Numbered from the stretch's first letter, positions 13,670 through 26,606 are shown. The stretch is 64,000 bases of DNA from Haliotis cracherodii (GCF_022045235.1 NW_027266275.1:81592001-81656000), one strand, 5' to 3'. The notes: a model not told the origin generated them from the sequence alone. Translations and numbers: made by a program.

Positions 13670-13938
13670 CCTGCCTCCCTTGGCACACGCCAGAACCATG
13701 TGGTCATGGGTTCGAATCCCGCTTCACCACGATTATGTTTCAATGTTTGTCATCACCCTTACCGAGCTCCTGGGTCTCTCCAAAGTGAGAGCTACATCAC
13801 TTTGGGCATCCTTCCCATATATATCTGATGCGACGAGATATTCCTGGATTACTGTTTAAAGCAGCATTAAACCCAACTCACTCACTCACTCACTCACTCA
13901 CTCACTCACTCACTCACTCACTCACTCACTCACTCACT
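13670..13938 (+). mobile_element. SINE family B with (ACTC)n tail
   Basis: GGTTCGAATCCC; colinear with 26097-26328. Confidence 0.75.
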
Positions 13939-14289
13939 ACTGATAACTGTGAATTGTAGACATGTTAATGGCAATATTGGGAACGTGTGCATGTGACACT
14001 GAAGACCTGCATTATTCCATTGAATTCTGAAAATGTTAAACATAAATGTGTTAAAAGTATTAACATATAGGTAACTTTTTAATCATTGACATATCTTTTT
14101 GATCTCTGTGTCAGTACCTTTTTGATCTCTGTGTCAGTACAGCAGTACAAAGGTTAATTTACTTGATTAGACATCTTAGAGAATGTGTTCAATGTACTTT
14201 TGCAAATTTTAATATTGAAAATTTTAATATTTTAACTTATGGTATATATTATTTATTATATACGGTAATGTGTTTTGGAAATATTTCTT

Positions 14290-14434
14290 AGTGAGTGAGT
14301 GAGTTTTACCGTATTCAAGCCATATCACGGCGGGGACATCAGAAACAGGCTTCACATATTGTACCCATGTGGGGTATCGAACCAGGGTCTTCGGTGTAAC
14401 AAGTGAACGCACTAGCCACTAGGCTCCTCCCCCC
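14290..14434 (-). mobile_element. SINE family A, antisense
   Basis: Reverse complement matches 9247-9410. Confidence 0.8.
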
Positions 14435-15444
14435 TGCTGTTCATGGTTCCATTTAGATTTTAAACGTACAATAACAAGTCTTAATTATCCACCCAAAAAA
14501 CAGATTCCACTGAACGTAAAAGGCAAAAGAGTGGAAATTATGTACAATGTTCCGAGGCTCCCAATACAAACGTGCTCGACACAGGCCATTTTTGTGTGTA
14601 CATATTAGCCAGTTCTTTGTTATTGGCCATTCTGATCATCACACTGAGCTGAAATAGTTCAGTTACTTAAATACTTAAGAAATAGTTATCTTAACCACCT
14701 CCTTCAGATCAGTACACGTATTATTGTAGATTAAAGACTTGGGAATGTGAGGAATATTGATTGCAGAGATTATTTTGAAGAAAGGCTATGTGTTATGCTG
14801 TCAGATGCTGATAGAAGTCTTCGCTCAATCTACCAGCTATCAGATGTTAAATACACAGATATTTCAAGGGGGGATATGGACCCAATCAAAACATTTATTT
14901 TGTGCAGTCACCTGCAACGATTCCAGGTTGAGATAACGGTATGATTGTTGTTGTACAGCCGGGGTCAGCTCTTGTGTGGAGAGTGTAACAAGACACCCAG
15001 GAAGGTAGCTTGTACCTGGGAACTATCCCTAGACCAGACTTGGAGGGACTGGACTCTTTGATCTATGTCTGCTGATTATTGTCTTGGGTATCCTAGCAAC
15101 ATGCTAGTTTTGAGGTGGTGGCACCATTGTCGATGTACAGCCAAACCAAATTGGCAGAAGCATGACATTATCACAATGTTTATCTCTTTTAGTTGTAAGT
15201 AGCTTGGCACTAGGTAGATATGGAGTAATATACCAAACCCTACTGGTAGAAGCTTGACATTATCCCAATGTTTATCTCTAATAGTTGTCTATAAGTTGGC
15301 ATTAGGTAGATATGGTAGAGTTATACACCAGAAACATTGAGGTTAAAGTCTGATATTATACAGCTAGTCATCTCTATGAGTAGTGTGTAACACGGCACCA
15401 GGTAGATATGGGAGTTATACACCCAAACCAAACCTATATGGACA

Positions 15445-15720
15445 ACTTTCAGGCAACATGTGTTGCTCCAAGACTTCGATGCACCATCTTGAATCGTGTC
15501 TGTGAACAGGTGCCCTTGGACTAAGTAAACATGACTTGACCATTCATTCAGCATTGGCAGCAAGTTAATCTTGTTGCAAGGCTCTGTCAAAGACATATGG
15601 CTGGTGTTGGTGTAACCGTATCAAGATGAACTTTTCCAGGTATACAAAACACACATGCATAGACATCAACTTCACCATTTCACATTCAGCTGCAGTGTTC
15701 CAAATGAAGCATGATGTCAC
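15445..15720 (-). mobile_element. Degenerate Tc1-like transposase remnant
   Basis: Minus strand reads IEVLEQHMLP (15480-15451), similar to the Tc1 'Y..VLE.HMLPS' segment; upstream frame is broken. Confidence 0.45.
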
Positions 15721-16070
15721 AGGGACCTTGTCATAACTCTAATGTTGAAAGTTAAAGGTTTTTGGTCCCTAGATTCAAGTGCTTTAGAAGACCTAAAAGG
15801 CTCCAGAACCTCCCCTAAGTTCGAACAGTATGTTTGCATCAAATATGAAGCTGTTTCAATGAGAAAATGCTGGCTAAATTAACACACAATACACAAGACT
15901 GCCTAGATACATGCATACAATGGGTGTAGTTGGTTGTATTTTCTCATTGACTCCTTGTCAGCAAGGAATTATTAATGTCAAGAAAAGACCTCAAAAGCGT
16001 GTATTCGTGAAAAGACCTTGTGTACTATTTTTCACGAATACACGCTTTCATTGTTTCTTCATGACTGATC

Positions 16071-16221
16071 AAATGGGTCCAAAAACATTCTGACATCTGA
16101 TAAAAAATGCACCAGGCACAATATGTCTCATGATAATCTAGCTCTGTTTGAAGCTGACCCAGAAAGGTTCTTGCAACAATTTGTGACTCTGGATGAAACC
16201 TGGGTTCACCACTTCCAGCCT
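16071..16221 (+). mobile_element. Mariner transposase fragment
   Basis: KWV..(frameshift)LTSDKKCTRHNMSHDNLALFEADPERFLQQFVTLDETWVHHFQP: WVP-linker region plus the first catalytic Asp motif (VTxDETW). Confidence 0.85.
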
Positions 16222-16346
16222 CACTATACAAACACATCAAATCATATTTAGAAAAAGAGTCCTAGAGAGGACACCTAACCAAGTCACGAAATAAGGAAGT
16301 TCATGTATGTTGGAACATGTTGTTTATGTGGTAATGATTGTTTCAG

Positions 16347-16501
16347 ACCAATCATCATCGAGGTTCCCCACTTTGCATCACTCCGTGGCAAAGAGCGAGA
16401 GGTTGTGATCATGAGAAGCGACAATGGCAAGAACTGGTATGAACACCCCATGGTGGCCACAGAAGAAGCAGTGAACGATGCCCTTGGCGGCAGTCTGGAA
16501 G
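16347..16501 (+). CDS. ANK2: Ankyrin exon: ZU5-A continuation
   Basis: tttcAG acceptor; PIIIEVPHFASLRGKEREVVIMRSDNGKNWYEH...GGSLE. Phase 2-1. Donor AAG|GTGCTG chosen; in-frame alternatives at 16510 and 16558. Confidence 0.92.
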
Positions 16502-17440
16502 GTGCTGAAGGCGTGACGCCGTCACCATCACAGTCTGGCTCGGTGTCTAGCTTGTGGAGTGAGCATGTCCTTGGTTCTAGAGCACGCACATACCACTGTC
16601 ACATGTGCAGACTGACTCCAGTGTAGAATACTACTGGGATAAATGCTTCTTAAACACACTTATAGGGTATAAGGTAGACTAATGTTTAGTCTATCAAAAT
16701 ATATAATTTTGATAGAAATAAACACTAGTTAAATTAAAAAGGAGCCCCAGTTAGATGAAAGATTCTGAACCTGTGGAAAATCTAGACTTCATTTGTGGCA
16801 TTAGCATTACAGCAAGGACTGGGAGGAAGGGATATTAATATGCTTCAGGGGACTGAGACGGATGAGGTAAAAGGGAATGTGTACACAATCAGTATTGAGC
16901 GATCTAGGATAATTAGATTTGCTTGCTGTGTGACAAGCTGTCAATGCAGTTTTGAAAAATGATGTGTCAATTTGGTTTAAATAGATAGTTCTACAGTGGT
17001 AATCAATACATGGAGTCTGTCTGCATATTATGTGATGGTGATACATATAATATTACTTGTGACTGAAATTAAATCTTCAAAGTTCATATTCGGAAATCTT
17101 GTACCATGATTTACAAATCAATAAGTCAGGATGACAATTTGTAAAAGATCTCTAATTCTTTATATGTGTCTGTGTGCACAGATCATATGGAGAACTTCTT
17201 TCTTATCAAAAATGTGATATCTAAAAGTTAAAAACAAAGAAGTGGAAAACATTTCACACACTTTTAACATTCGTACCACATTCCAGAGAGAAAACAGTTG
17301 ACAGGTATCGACAAGGCACATCAGTTTTTGTACATTGTATCCTGTATGTTTCCTGTCTCCTCTGATTGTCAAATTTTTGTGTAGAACGTTCATTGTCTGT
17401 AGGCATCATTCGACAATGGAGGTCTCTATTCTATAAACTA

Positions 17441-17611
17441 TACTACTCAAAAGAAGTTAAAGAACACCGGATTCTTGCTTATTACTACAAGTAATCTGCC
17501 ATGCATGACAGATTAACTACAGTAATATGAAAGATTTGAGTGTTCTGAATGATAGATTTAGATATAACATTGTGGAAGAATTAGGTGTTCTTTAACTTCA
17601 TTTGAGTAGTA
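17441..17611. mobile_element. Tc1/mariner-type MITE
   Basis: 28-bp TIRs TACTACTCAAAAGAAGTTAAAGAACACC / GGTGTTCTTTAACTTCATTTGAGTAGTA flanked by TA. Confidence 0.85.
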
Positions 17612-18903
17612 TATATGCTCCTTTTATCAGTATATCCTGTCTTGTATTTTTTGTATTGCACAAACTCTGTATACTTTGTCTTGTTTTATATAAGTATTTT
17701 CTATTGATGTGGTGTAGTGATGTAGAAGTGGCAAATATATGTTTGCAAAGTGGCACATGTATGTAGATTTACATATTCTGTCCTATCCAAATCCATATGA
17801 ATCCCATTAGACAGAGCTGTGTGCTGAAATGGGGCATTATCAACTCCTACGTATAATCCTATTTAAGCATGAAAAACATTTGCCATGACCACTTTTTGGC
17901 ATTGAACTTCAAGTGGTTTGTCTACAAGCACTCGCATGTCTAAGTATGAGAATGCACTGAAATATGTCATCAACCTGTGCACAGCCATCTTTGATTCCAT
18001 CAAAGGGAGATAACTCAATTGATTTGTGGTGCAGGAGGTCAGCCCACTAGCTGTCAAGAAAAGTCATTATGTTTAAAACAGAAGTTCCACAGGTTTAAAC
18101 CCAAACTGACCGTTTCTGTGAAAATTGAAATGTCAATATAATTAACTCCTATATCCTGAAATATTATAGCTATTGATCATGACGTTTCGGAATGTGGAAT
18201 TTTGGTTCGAACACACTTCTGCGGTAGTTCAGTACACATCATTGTCGCCTTTTTGGTGAGGATAGTTATATTTTAATGTCTCATTTTCCAAATATTTTGA
18301 TTCTGTTTCCTGCTGAGAAAGTGCATGGATTCTCTCCTGTATATTGCCTGCCTGTGGCAGTATTATGTTGCCCCCCGAGTACAGTACGGCTATTATTGGT
18401 GTTGTTCATAGCAGTGTATATACAGTGTCTTCCTTCTCTTCACTGGCAGATCCACGCTTTGAAGAAGCATATATGTTTAAAGTGAAGTTTATCAAAATGA
18501 AATAAAAGAACTGAAAAATATTCTATAAATTTTAAGATTGATTAATGTCATACAAGTTTACCAGGTGAAATAGAAGAAGTGAAAAATATTCTGTTATGTA
18601 AATAATTGATGAAGGGAGTCATACTAGTTGGATACATACCTAATGCATACTTTTGGGTTATATTTGTAAAATTGCAAATATTATAACACACATTTTATTA
18701 TTTTTCTCTTTAATACAATGTAAGAATGAATAGTTACACCTGTCATTGGGCATCTCAAAGTAAGACTCTGGTTGATTCTGAGCCAGTGCTGTTCATCCAG
18801 CTTAGTGCAGATGCAAACAATTATTATGATTCTAATGTTGAATGTGTGTAATGCATACAGCATCTCCTGAACCTCTTGAAACCAACTATGGCTGTTATTG
18901 TAG

Positions 18904-19115
18904 AACTTGACCAAGAGGAAGAACTGACAGCCAAGAGAATCACCCGTATCCTGACAACAGATTTCCCACAATACTTTGCTCTGGTGACCAAGGTTCGCCA
19001 GGAGAACAAACAAATCGGTGAAGAAGGGGGCGTGATCAGCTCAACTGTCGTCCCCCAGGTGCAAGCCGTCTTCCCAGAAGGGGCTCTCACAAAGACCATC
19101 CGCGTTGGCCTGCAG
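18904..19115 (+). CDS. ANK2: Ankyrin exon: ZU5-A end / ZU5-B start
   Basis: tgtAG ... CAG|GTAGGT; [34 protein letters not shown]...[17 protein letters not shown]. Phase 1-0. Confidence 0.96.
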
Positions 19116-20687
19116 GTAGGTTCTTGTAGTGGAATAAAATAGCTGAGGCGACAACTCTCTGGGAACTCGTAAGGATGTCCATTGAGGTCACTTTTGGGGT
19201 GTGCACAGGTCAGGGTAATTACTAGATTTAATTTTATTTATTTGGGTTCATGAGAGTACTTGACATGAATTAAAAGTACAGTTCTTATAAAGTATTGGAA
19301 TTTCATTAGAATACCCATGACTTTCTTCAAAACATGCTGTTTATGGAAAAACAGGGGTGAGAATCTTCTGTGGATCTGCAAATTTGTTAATATCTCCTGG
19401 CTTCCCCCTAAACACCCCCAAAATATGGATCACGGTCCATTGCAAAGAAGTTTCAGCAGAAAGGGAACGTATCCATTCTCATCCTTGTATATCTGAGTGA
19501 ACTATTTAGTTGGGGCAGCTAGTTTTGGAAATGAGACAATTGTTTCCTTGTCATATTTTACCGTTACTGTTACCTATGGGGAGTGTGGTATACTCTGTTT
19601 CATCTAGATCATCAAGCTTTAAATGAGAGGAGAACATGTGAGGTACTTAGAGTGACAAAGTTCATTGATTTGTACCTGTAAAAGTTGAAATTGTACATGA
19701 AGTTCTGCAAGAACCATTGATGCTCTTGAAGTTCTCCTGGAATGTTGGGATTAGATGAATTCTTGCAGTACTCTTGGACTATTGTTAGGACGCTCCCTGG
19801 ACTCCATCGAGGGCTCAGTGGTCATTCTCTGTATAGAGCTGAATTCTGTGGTACATTTGAAAGTATTTCAAAAATCCTGTTTTAAAAACATATTGGATGT
19901 ATGTGTTTCTGTTGTTGCATACATATGGAACAAATTCAATAACCTTTAAGTGAGAAATATAAATCCAATTCCATTATTGGTAAGTTCAGAATTGTCTTGA
20001 ATATTTTCAAATGTATCTGATTAAAGAAAGTAATGGGATTTGAAGTTAGATGTTAGCTGCCAGAAATAGTGACATTAGGGTGATAATATCATGTTGTTAA
20101 ATGTCAAACATTATTGTTTTGTGTTTTCACTGCTCCTTCCTACATATTATTCTCATTTCTCAAGCCAGTTATAGTCACGGAAACAAATATTCCATCAGAC
20201 ACATCAAGGTTGATCCTGATTGAACAGACAAATCTCCATGTTTCTTTTCATTCTGTGATTTTGTTGATTATTTCAATTATGCCAGACCTGTATTCAAGAT
20301 ATGGACTTCCATGACTGACATAGGCTTTGACAGTAGAACTGCTTAGTGAAGCGGAGAAATAATCGTGTGGAATTTTGATTTTTTTGTTTTTAGCCTACCG
20401 GGCGTTATGCTGCAAGGCCAGTAAAGTTTGAAGATCTTTGAGATGACGGGAAATTTTGATTTATTTTTCTATGAATATATTTTGAGTTTATTTTGGACTA
20501 TGCTTTCTGTTGTCCCATTAGCCAGTGTAGCGGAGATTGTCGATTCTTAGCATGAAACACGAAACCGAGTTGGTCGTCCATTCAAACCCTGTCGTTTAGT
20601 TTCCTGGACGTAATGTTATGTTGGATCTTGTGGAACTGGACATTTTTTTGCCGTGACACTCGTTTTTCTGTGGTTTCCTGTCGCTAG

Positions 20688-20892
20688 GCACAACCCATTG
20701 CACCTGAACTCGTTGCTAAGCAACTTGGCAACCGTGTGGCAGTCAGTCCCATCGTAACGGTTGAACCCAGGCGCCGAAAATTCCACAAACCGATCACATT
20801 GACCATTCCGGTACCGAAGGCTTCTCAGAAGGGCATGATCAACCAATATGGGGGAGATCGGCCAACACTCCGTCTTCTCTACAGTATTTCTG
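20688..20892 (+). CDS. ANK2: Ankyrin exon: ZU5-B
   Basis: gctAG ... CTG|GTAAGG; [43 protein letters not shown]...[10 protein letters not shown]. Phase 0-1. Confidence 0.96.
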
Positions 20893-22427
20893 GTAAGGCG
20901 AGAAACAGTGTCAGCGGTTGTCATGTTTGTTTATTTTCACATGTCCTGTATCCGTTCAATGTTGTCTGGTCAGTGTATCAAAATACTTGATGGGGGAACA
21001 CGTTTGGCATATTTGACACTTTGAATTTTTCAAATATTTCATCTATTGGGGTTCTGACGTAAAGCCAAAACGAATTTGCCAATTCCACTGAAGAGTGCAT
21101 CAAAACACTCACTTGTAGGTTAAGTGTTTTTTTTGTTTTAACATTTTTCAAACAAGTACTCATTTAGCATTTGAATATTTGCAAACTCATCAAGAATTTT
21201 GTGCATTGTCGTAGACTGTTTTGAGGAATGATTATTATATTCTGTATTGTGTTGTAAATGTACCAAAACATGATGAATTGATATTTACTAGAGAGAAAAA
21301 CATCCAATAGGAATTAATCTTACAACAGAATTCAATTGACTAGGGCATGCCAAGCACGCTTCATTCTAATGGATTGTATTCCACAGTTTAAATGTAATTA
21401 TTTTGAATATAACAACATGCTGCATTAGCTCAGGCTATCACTTTTATTTTAAATATTTTAAATTGCTTAGAAATTTTACATTTGTTTTAACACAGTGATA
21501 GGCACAATGTTATTTTCTATATCATGTGTTGTATTTGTGCTTGTGTTTTCAATGTTTGTATCTGTACATTTAGAGATTGTATTGATGATGTATGTGTTCG
21601 CATGAACCAGGATTTAAGTGTATTTTCATGATCGTCATCAGCTACCATATTCCACTCAGTGACCTATTGTCACAGAAGCCCCATGTCCGATAATATTTAA
21701 TTACAAAAAACAGATGTTAAAATTTTGACCAAGTCTTTAACAGAGAATGTATTGGGTGCCCATTATGTGGGGAAGTCTGCATCCACAATGGTTCCTATCT
21801 GTGACTAGTCCTTGGATGCGTGACCGTCAGGGAAGACCATCTCTAGGCTGTGGCCTGGATGATACTGTGCCTTCGTACCCTAATTGTAAAGGTTGACATG
21901 AATGGGCATTAGGTGGTCAAAATGGCTACAGTATGTTGAGATAGTTTTGAATGGGTGACTAACATTGGAGAGCACTTTTTTGAGTGGCCAAGTAGCCTAA
22001 CGTGTGCAAATGATGTGCAGAGTTGCAGCTCTTTGTTGTACCAGGATCTGCTGATGGGCTTGAATCCTTGGTTTGTCTTGGTTATCGTCTGTGCCCTGCT
22101 GGTTCTGTGTATTATGGAACCCTAATGACATGCAATTGTGCTCACACTGTCACTCTGTTCGGTTCCTGACTTGATTCCCATTTCTGGTGTCTCCCGCTGT
22201 GATATTGCTGGAATATTGCTAAAAGCGGCATAAAACCATATTCACTCTCTCCTGACTTGATTACACAGTGAGGCGATATGGCTGAGATATTACTGAATGT
22301 GACACAGCCATCGCTAACATTTCACCAGATTATATTTGCATTTCTGTCTAATAATTATTAATATAAATTTGGTGAATAACTCCATGCATACAATGTTACC
22401 CATTCAAAACACTTCTTCAACTTGTTG

Positions 22428-22526
22428 GGTACAATGTGTGAAGCCCATTTCTGGTGTCCCCTGCCGTGATGTTGCTGGAATATTGCTTAAAGCGGCGTAA
22501 AACGATACTCACACACTCACTCACTC
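22428..22526 (+). mobile_element. SINE family A, 3' half (another fragment at 22177-22250)
   Basis: gggtacaatgtgtgaagcccatttctggtgtcccc...GCGGCGTAAAAC. Confidence 0.8.
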
Positions 22527-22686
22527 TTCAACTTGTGATATAGAACTTCAGACCCAATACAGATGCAGTCATGTCTACACTCTGCGATATATGTTCTTGC
22601 TGTGTAAATGCCCAGATAGTTGACCTTGACCTTGACCTTTGCCATTTAATGTATTGCTCTTTCTACTTTGTCTTTGCCGCAATTAG

Positions 22687-22710
22687 GCAACAACTCTCAC
22701 AACAGCCGAG
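22687..22710 (+). CDS. ANK2: Candidate 24-nt microexon in ZU5-B (GNNSHNSR)
   Basis: Long pyrimidine tract, then aattAG acceptor and GAG|GTAACT donor. Phase 1-1, no stop. TGCATG at 22784. Confidence 0.65.
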
Positions 22711-23959
22711 GTAACTGTCCTGCCTGCCCCTGCTCTTCGCTTGTCTGTCCGTCCGTCCGTCCATCTGTCCGTCCGTCCATCCATGCATGCACATCCTTGG
22801 TTCCTCGAGTTCCTTCCTGCTCTGCCTCCACATTCTGTTTCATTGCTATTCAATGTAGAAAATAGTTTGAAAATAAGAATTCAGGTGTTGGAATTATAAT
22901 AAATTTCCATAGTTTGTTGGTGAAGACTGTCTGTGAGGATTGTCTGTTCAAACCCTTAGGCTCTATATGCCATGTTAACCCAGACTGACTTTTTTAATGT
23001 TAATTATTTTGAAACCATCAATTTTATATTCAAATTCTTGAAGCCTTATTTTTTTTTTAATAGGTGTCTACATTTATTTTTATTAAAATATAACATATAA
23101 CATTTTGAGTAAATATTGTTACAAATTTCTACCTTTTTGGGAATACATTGGTATTTGGTTGAAGGTGTTTTATGAGAAAATATCTTTTCCTCCAAATCTG
23201 TAAACACCTAAAACAGGTTCGAGAAACCATTGTTACTAGACATGATCATGTATACAACGACCATGCTGCTTTGAATGCTGCTGCCGACACCCAGAGCTGT
23301 TGATTGCAACCCCTCCGCGTGTGGCTCTGTGTCAGAAGCTGTACTGGCATCAGCTGCTCCCTAACCTCAGAATGCATGGCGACAGCTCGTGATGGCTGCT
23401 TCCCCTGGCAGTGTGCATTTGCTGTAGGATCCATACAAGCCATTACAGCCACGCGGGATCACTAGTTTAAAAATAAGAATTCTATACATCTCTTTCTTCC
23501 CTTTCGGAAAATTTTGATATACTTTAACAAATATTTGAATATTTAATTTGTTTTGTGAGATTCATCACTAACAAAATCCTTTCCTCTTAGAACATTTCAG
23601 CCATTGTGAAAACCAGGGTGTGAAATAACCTCCGTTTTCCAAATCCATTTGATTTTGCTCTTTTTGATGATTAATAAATTAATCACCTAGATCAGAATTA
23701 CACTGAAAAAGAAAAGGGACTAGGCACATAATAATAATTCCAGAAACTTATCAGCTCTTTAGCATGCACTTAAATAACATTATTATGGAAAGAAAAAATT
23801 AAATTAAATTTATTTCATCCTGCATGGGAACCACAGCGAAAGATGTTTCAATTATTTCATTATTTTGCATGTAGATTGTCCAGATTAAATCTAAAAAACC
23901 TCAGAGTTTGTGAAATTAGTAAAAATTAAATTCCTTTAATAATGTAAAGTAATATATTA

Positions 23960-24057
23960 TACTGCTCAAAACAAGTTCAGTAAACACCCGTTTTTTTATA
24001 TGACTAACTATAGTCATTGGAAAATGCCGGATGTTCTTTACCTACTTTTGAGTAGTA
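23960..24057. mobile_element. MITE, same TIR family as 17441
   Basis: tactgctcaaaacaagtt... / ...cttttgagtagta. Confidence 0.7.
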
Positions 24058-24637
24058 TAATGTGATTGAATGTTGTCGTAAGTAGCTAGTTCACGCCTGG
24101 ACCCATCACACATCTTTGTAGTTTAGTCTGGCAGTGGTAACTTATTTCTGCACTAAATTGTTGGATTTGGAATTCATTTTGGGAAGGTTGAATTGTATTT
24201 TATACACTGATAAATCAAAGTTTTATGAATATAAAAATAATAGCAAATTTGGTTGAGTTAGTTGAATGTCTGTCATGATGCTTCAGTGATGCCTAGACTG
24301 TGTTTAGTGAGACATCATTCCGACGTCGTGATGATGTCACAGTGATGTTCAAGTTGGGTGGTAGGCTTCAGTAGGCTAGCTTCTTCAGCCAATGTTGTGT
24401 TCATCTGGTTGACTGACCAGATCCCATTTGGGGCTACGCTTCTGACTTGGTAACTTGCATGGAAAGCTAGACCATGCATTAACCAAAAACAGAATAAAGA
24501 AATAAACTTTCAATACATGCATCATGTATTAGTCTTGTTTTGGAATTAAAATATCGACCAAAACAAATCTTTCATTACTGTCACTCAGTAAAAGAACAGT
24601 GGCATGTTATTCATGATTTCAGTAGTTCATCAGAGAG

Positions 24638-24785
24638 TGGAGAGTAGCCGAGTGGTTAAAGTGTTAACTCACCGCACTGAAGACTCAGGTTTGATCCCCC
24701 TCATGGGTACAATGTGTGGAGCCCCTCTCTGGTGTCCCCCGCTGTGACATTGCTGGAATATTGCTAAAAACAGCATCAGTAAACA
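24638..24785 (+). mobile_element. SINE family A
   Basis: A/B-box head and shared tail. Confidence 0.8.
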
Positions 24786-24995
24786 TCCTCTTAATCAGTC
24801 CCAACTTACTTCATCAGAGAGCGTTATACAATTATAACCAGACTCTATATTTATGAGATGGAGGTAAGTTGTGGGAAGAGTGTGTGGCTCCAGAGTCTCT
24901 GCTTCATCTAACTAAGACATTCAAAACTTGATTTTACTCTTGAATGCCTGTCTGATGTAAAAGTGTCTGACTGATGACCTTATGCTGACTTCCAG

Positions 24996-25092
24996 GTGAG
25001 AAGGAGCCGGCGGTGTGGGAAGACATCACTGACGCGAAGCCCATGTCACTTGTCAATGACTGTGTATCTTTTACTACAACTGTGTCCGCAAG
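24996..25092 (+). CDS. ANK2: Ankyrin exon: ZU5-B end
   Basis: ttccAG ... AAG|GTACGT; GEKEPAVWEDITDAKPMSLVNDCVSFTTTVSAR. Phase 1-2. Confidence 0.95.
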
Positions 25093-25452
25093 GTACGTAC
25101 ATCTTCCTTCATAGCTGTAGTAGCAGTAATAACATTCTTGAGTGGATAAGTGATCCTAAGGTGTACAATTTGAGGTACAGAGTTGCCTCCCTTAGTTGTT
25201 CCAGGAACTGCTGGTCATGGGTTTGATTCCTGGTTTTCCCTGACATGGTCAAGCTTAATGGTTTTACCATATTGGTATATGCCTACAACCTTCCGTTTTC
25301 CACCTGCTACATTGATATCAACCATTACATCTGAGGTTTCACATATACAAATGGCTTTTGAAAGACCTAAATCCAAACGTGTTTGCTTTGTGAATGGGCC
25401 CAGTCCCCAGCCCCAACCACTGCCTGCTCTGTCATCTGTGTATGTGCTGCAG

Positions 25453-25681
25453 GTTCTGGCTGATTGACTGCCAGAACATCCAGGAGGCTACCCAGATGGC
25501 TACTGCCCTGTACAAGGAGTCAATCATCGTCCCCTACATGGCCAAGTTCGTCATCTTCGCCAAGCGGGACTCCCAGGAGGAGGGCAAGCTGCGCATGTTC
25601 TGCATGACAGACGACAAGGTGGACAAGACGCTGGAGAAACAGGAGAAGTTTGCAGAGGTTGCTAGAAGCAGGGACATTGAG
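25453..25681 (+). CDS. ANK2: Ankyrin exon: UPA domain part 1
   Basis: tgcAG ... GAG|GTCAGC; FWLIDCQ...[13 protein letters not shown]...[31 protein letters not shown]. Phase 2-0. Confidence 0.96.
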
Positions 25682-26096
25682 GTCAGCTATAGCAGTATTT
25701 TGATTGTATTTGGGACTTTAGACATAAAGAACATAACCCGAACATTGCTTGATATCAACTATATGAACACCATACTTTTATCATTAAGTGTCAATAGACA
25801 CTTTTGTGAGATTCTATGCATTGTCCAAAATCATTGTTCCAACATTTTCAGTATATAAACAGCAATGAGCAGTGTCTTGAGTGTAAAAAGTACTGCTAAC
25901 CAGCTTCAGTGGCATAGAGATTATCTGCTTGGAGGTATTGCTTGATCTAACCCAAGCGATATTTCCTGTGGAAGCCAATTTTTCATGATAAATTGATCTC
26001 TCAAGAACAAACAAGGTCAATGAGTTGTGAATATTTCTAAAAAGAATTAAATGGTAAGTTGTCTGATAATTATAAAGGTGGCATAAATTTTGTGCA

Positions 26097-26328
26097 GAGT
26101 TGCATCCCTTGGGCACGCCAGGAACCTATGATTGCGGGTTTGAATCCTGGTTCTCCCCGATTATGTTTCTAGGTTTGTCTGTCTGAGACCTGCATCACTT
26201 CTGGCTTTCCTCCCACATTAAGCTGACACGCCGCAATATAACTGGAATACTGTTAAAAGCGGCGTTAAACCCAACTCACTCACTCACTCACTCACTCACT
26301 CACTCACTCACTCACTCACTCACTCACT
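26097..26328 (+). mobile_element. SINE family B with (ACTC)n tail next to an exon acceptor
   Basis: gagttgcatcccttgggcac..GGTTTGAATCC..aagctgacacgccgcaatataactggaatactgttaaaagcggcgttaaaccc(actc)n. Confidence 0.85.
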
Positions 26329-26354
26329 GTAATCCGTGTGCACTGTTTTGTCAG

Positions 26355-26606
26355 GTTCTGGAAGGAAGGCCACAGTTTGTTGAAATGGCGGGTAACCTCA
26401 TCCCCGTCACCAAATCTGGCGACCAGCTCCACGTCAACTTTAAATCATTTCGAGAAAATCGCCTACCGTGCACGGTGAAGATCCGTGACCTTGACCAGGA
26501 GCCGTCTGCCAGAGTGGCCTTCATGAAGGAGCCTAAGGTGGCCCGAGGCGAGGCACCACAGTCCCCCATATGCAACCTCAACATCACCCTGCCAGACATG
26601 TCCAAG
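26355..26606 (+). CDS. ANK2: Ankyrin exon: UPA domain part 2
   Basis: tgtcAG ... AAG|GTAGGC; VLEGRPQFVEMAGNLIPVTKSGDQL...FRENRLP...ICNLNITLPDMSK. Phase 0-0. Confidence 0.96.
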
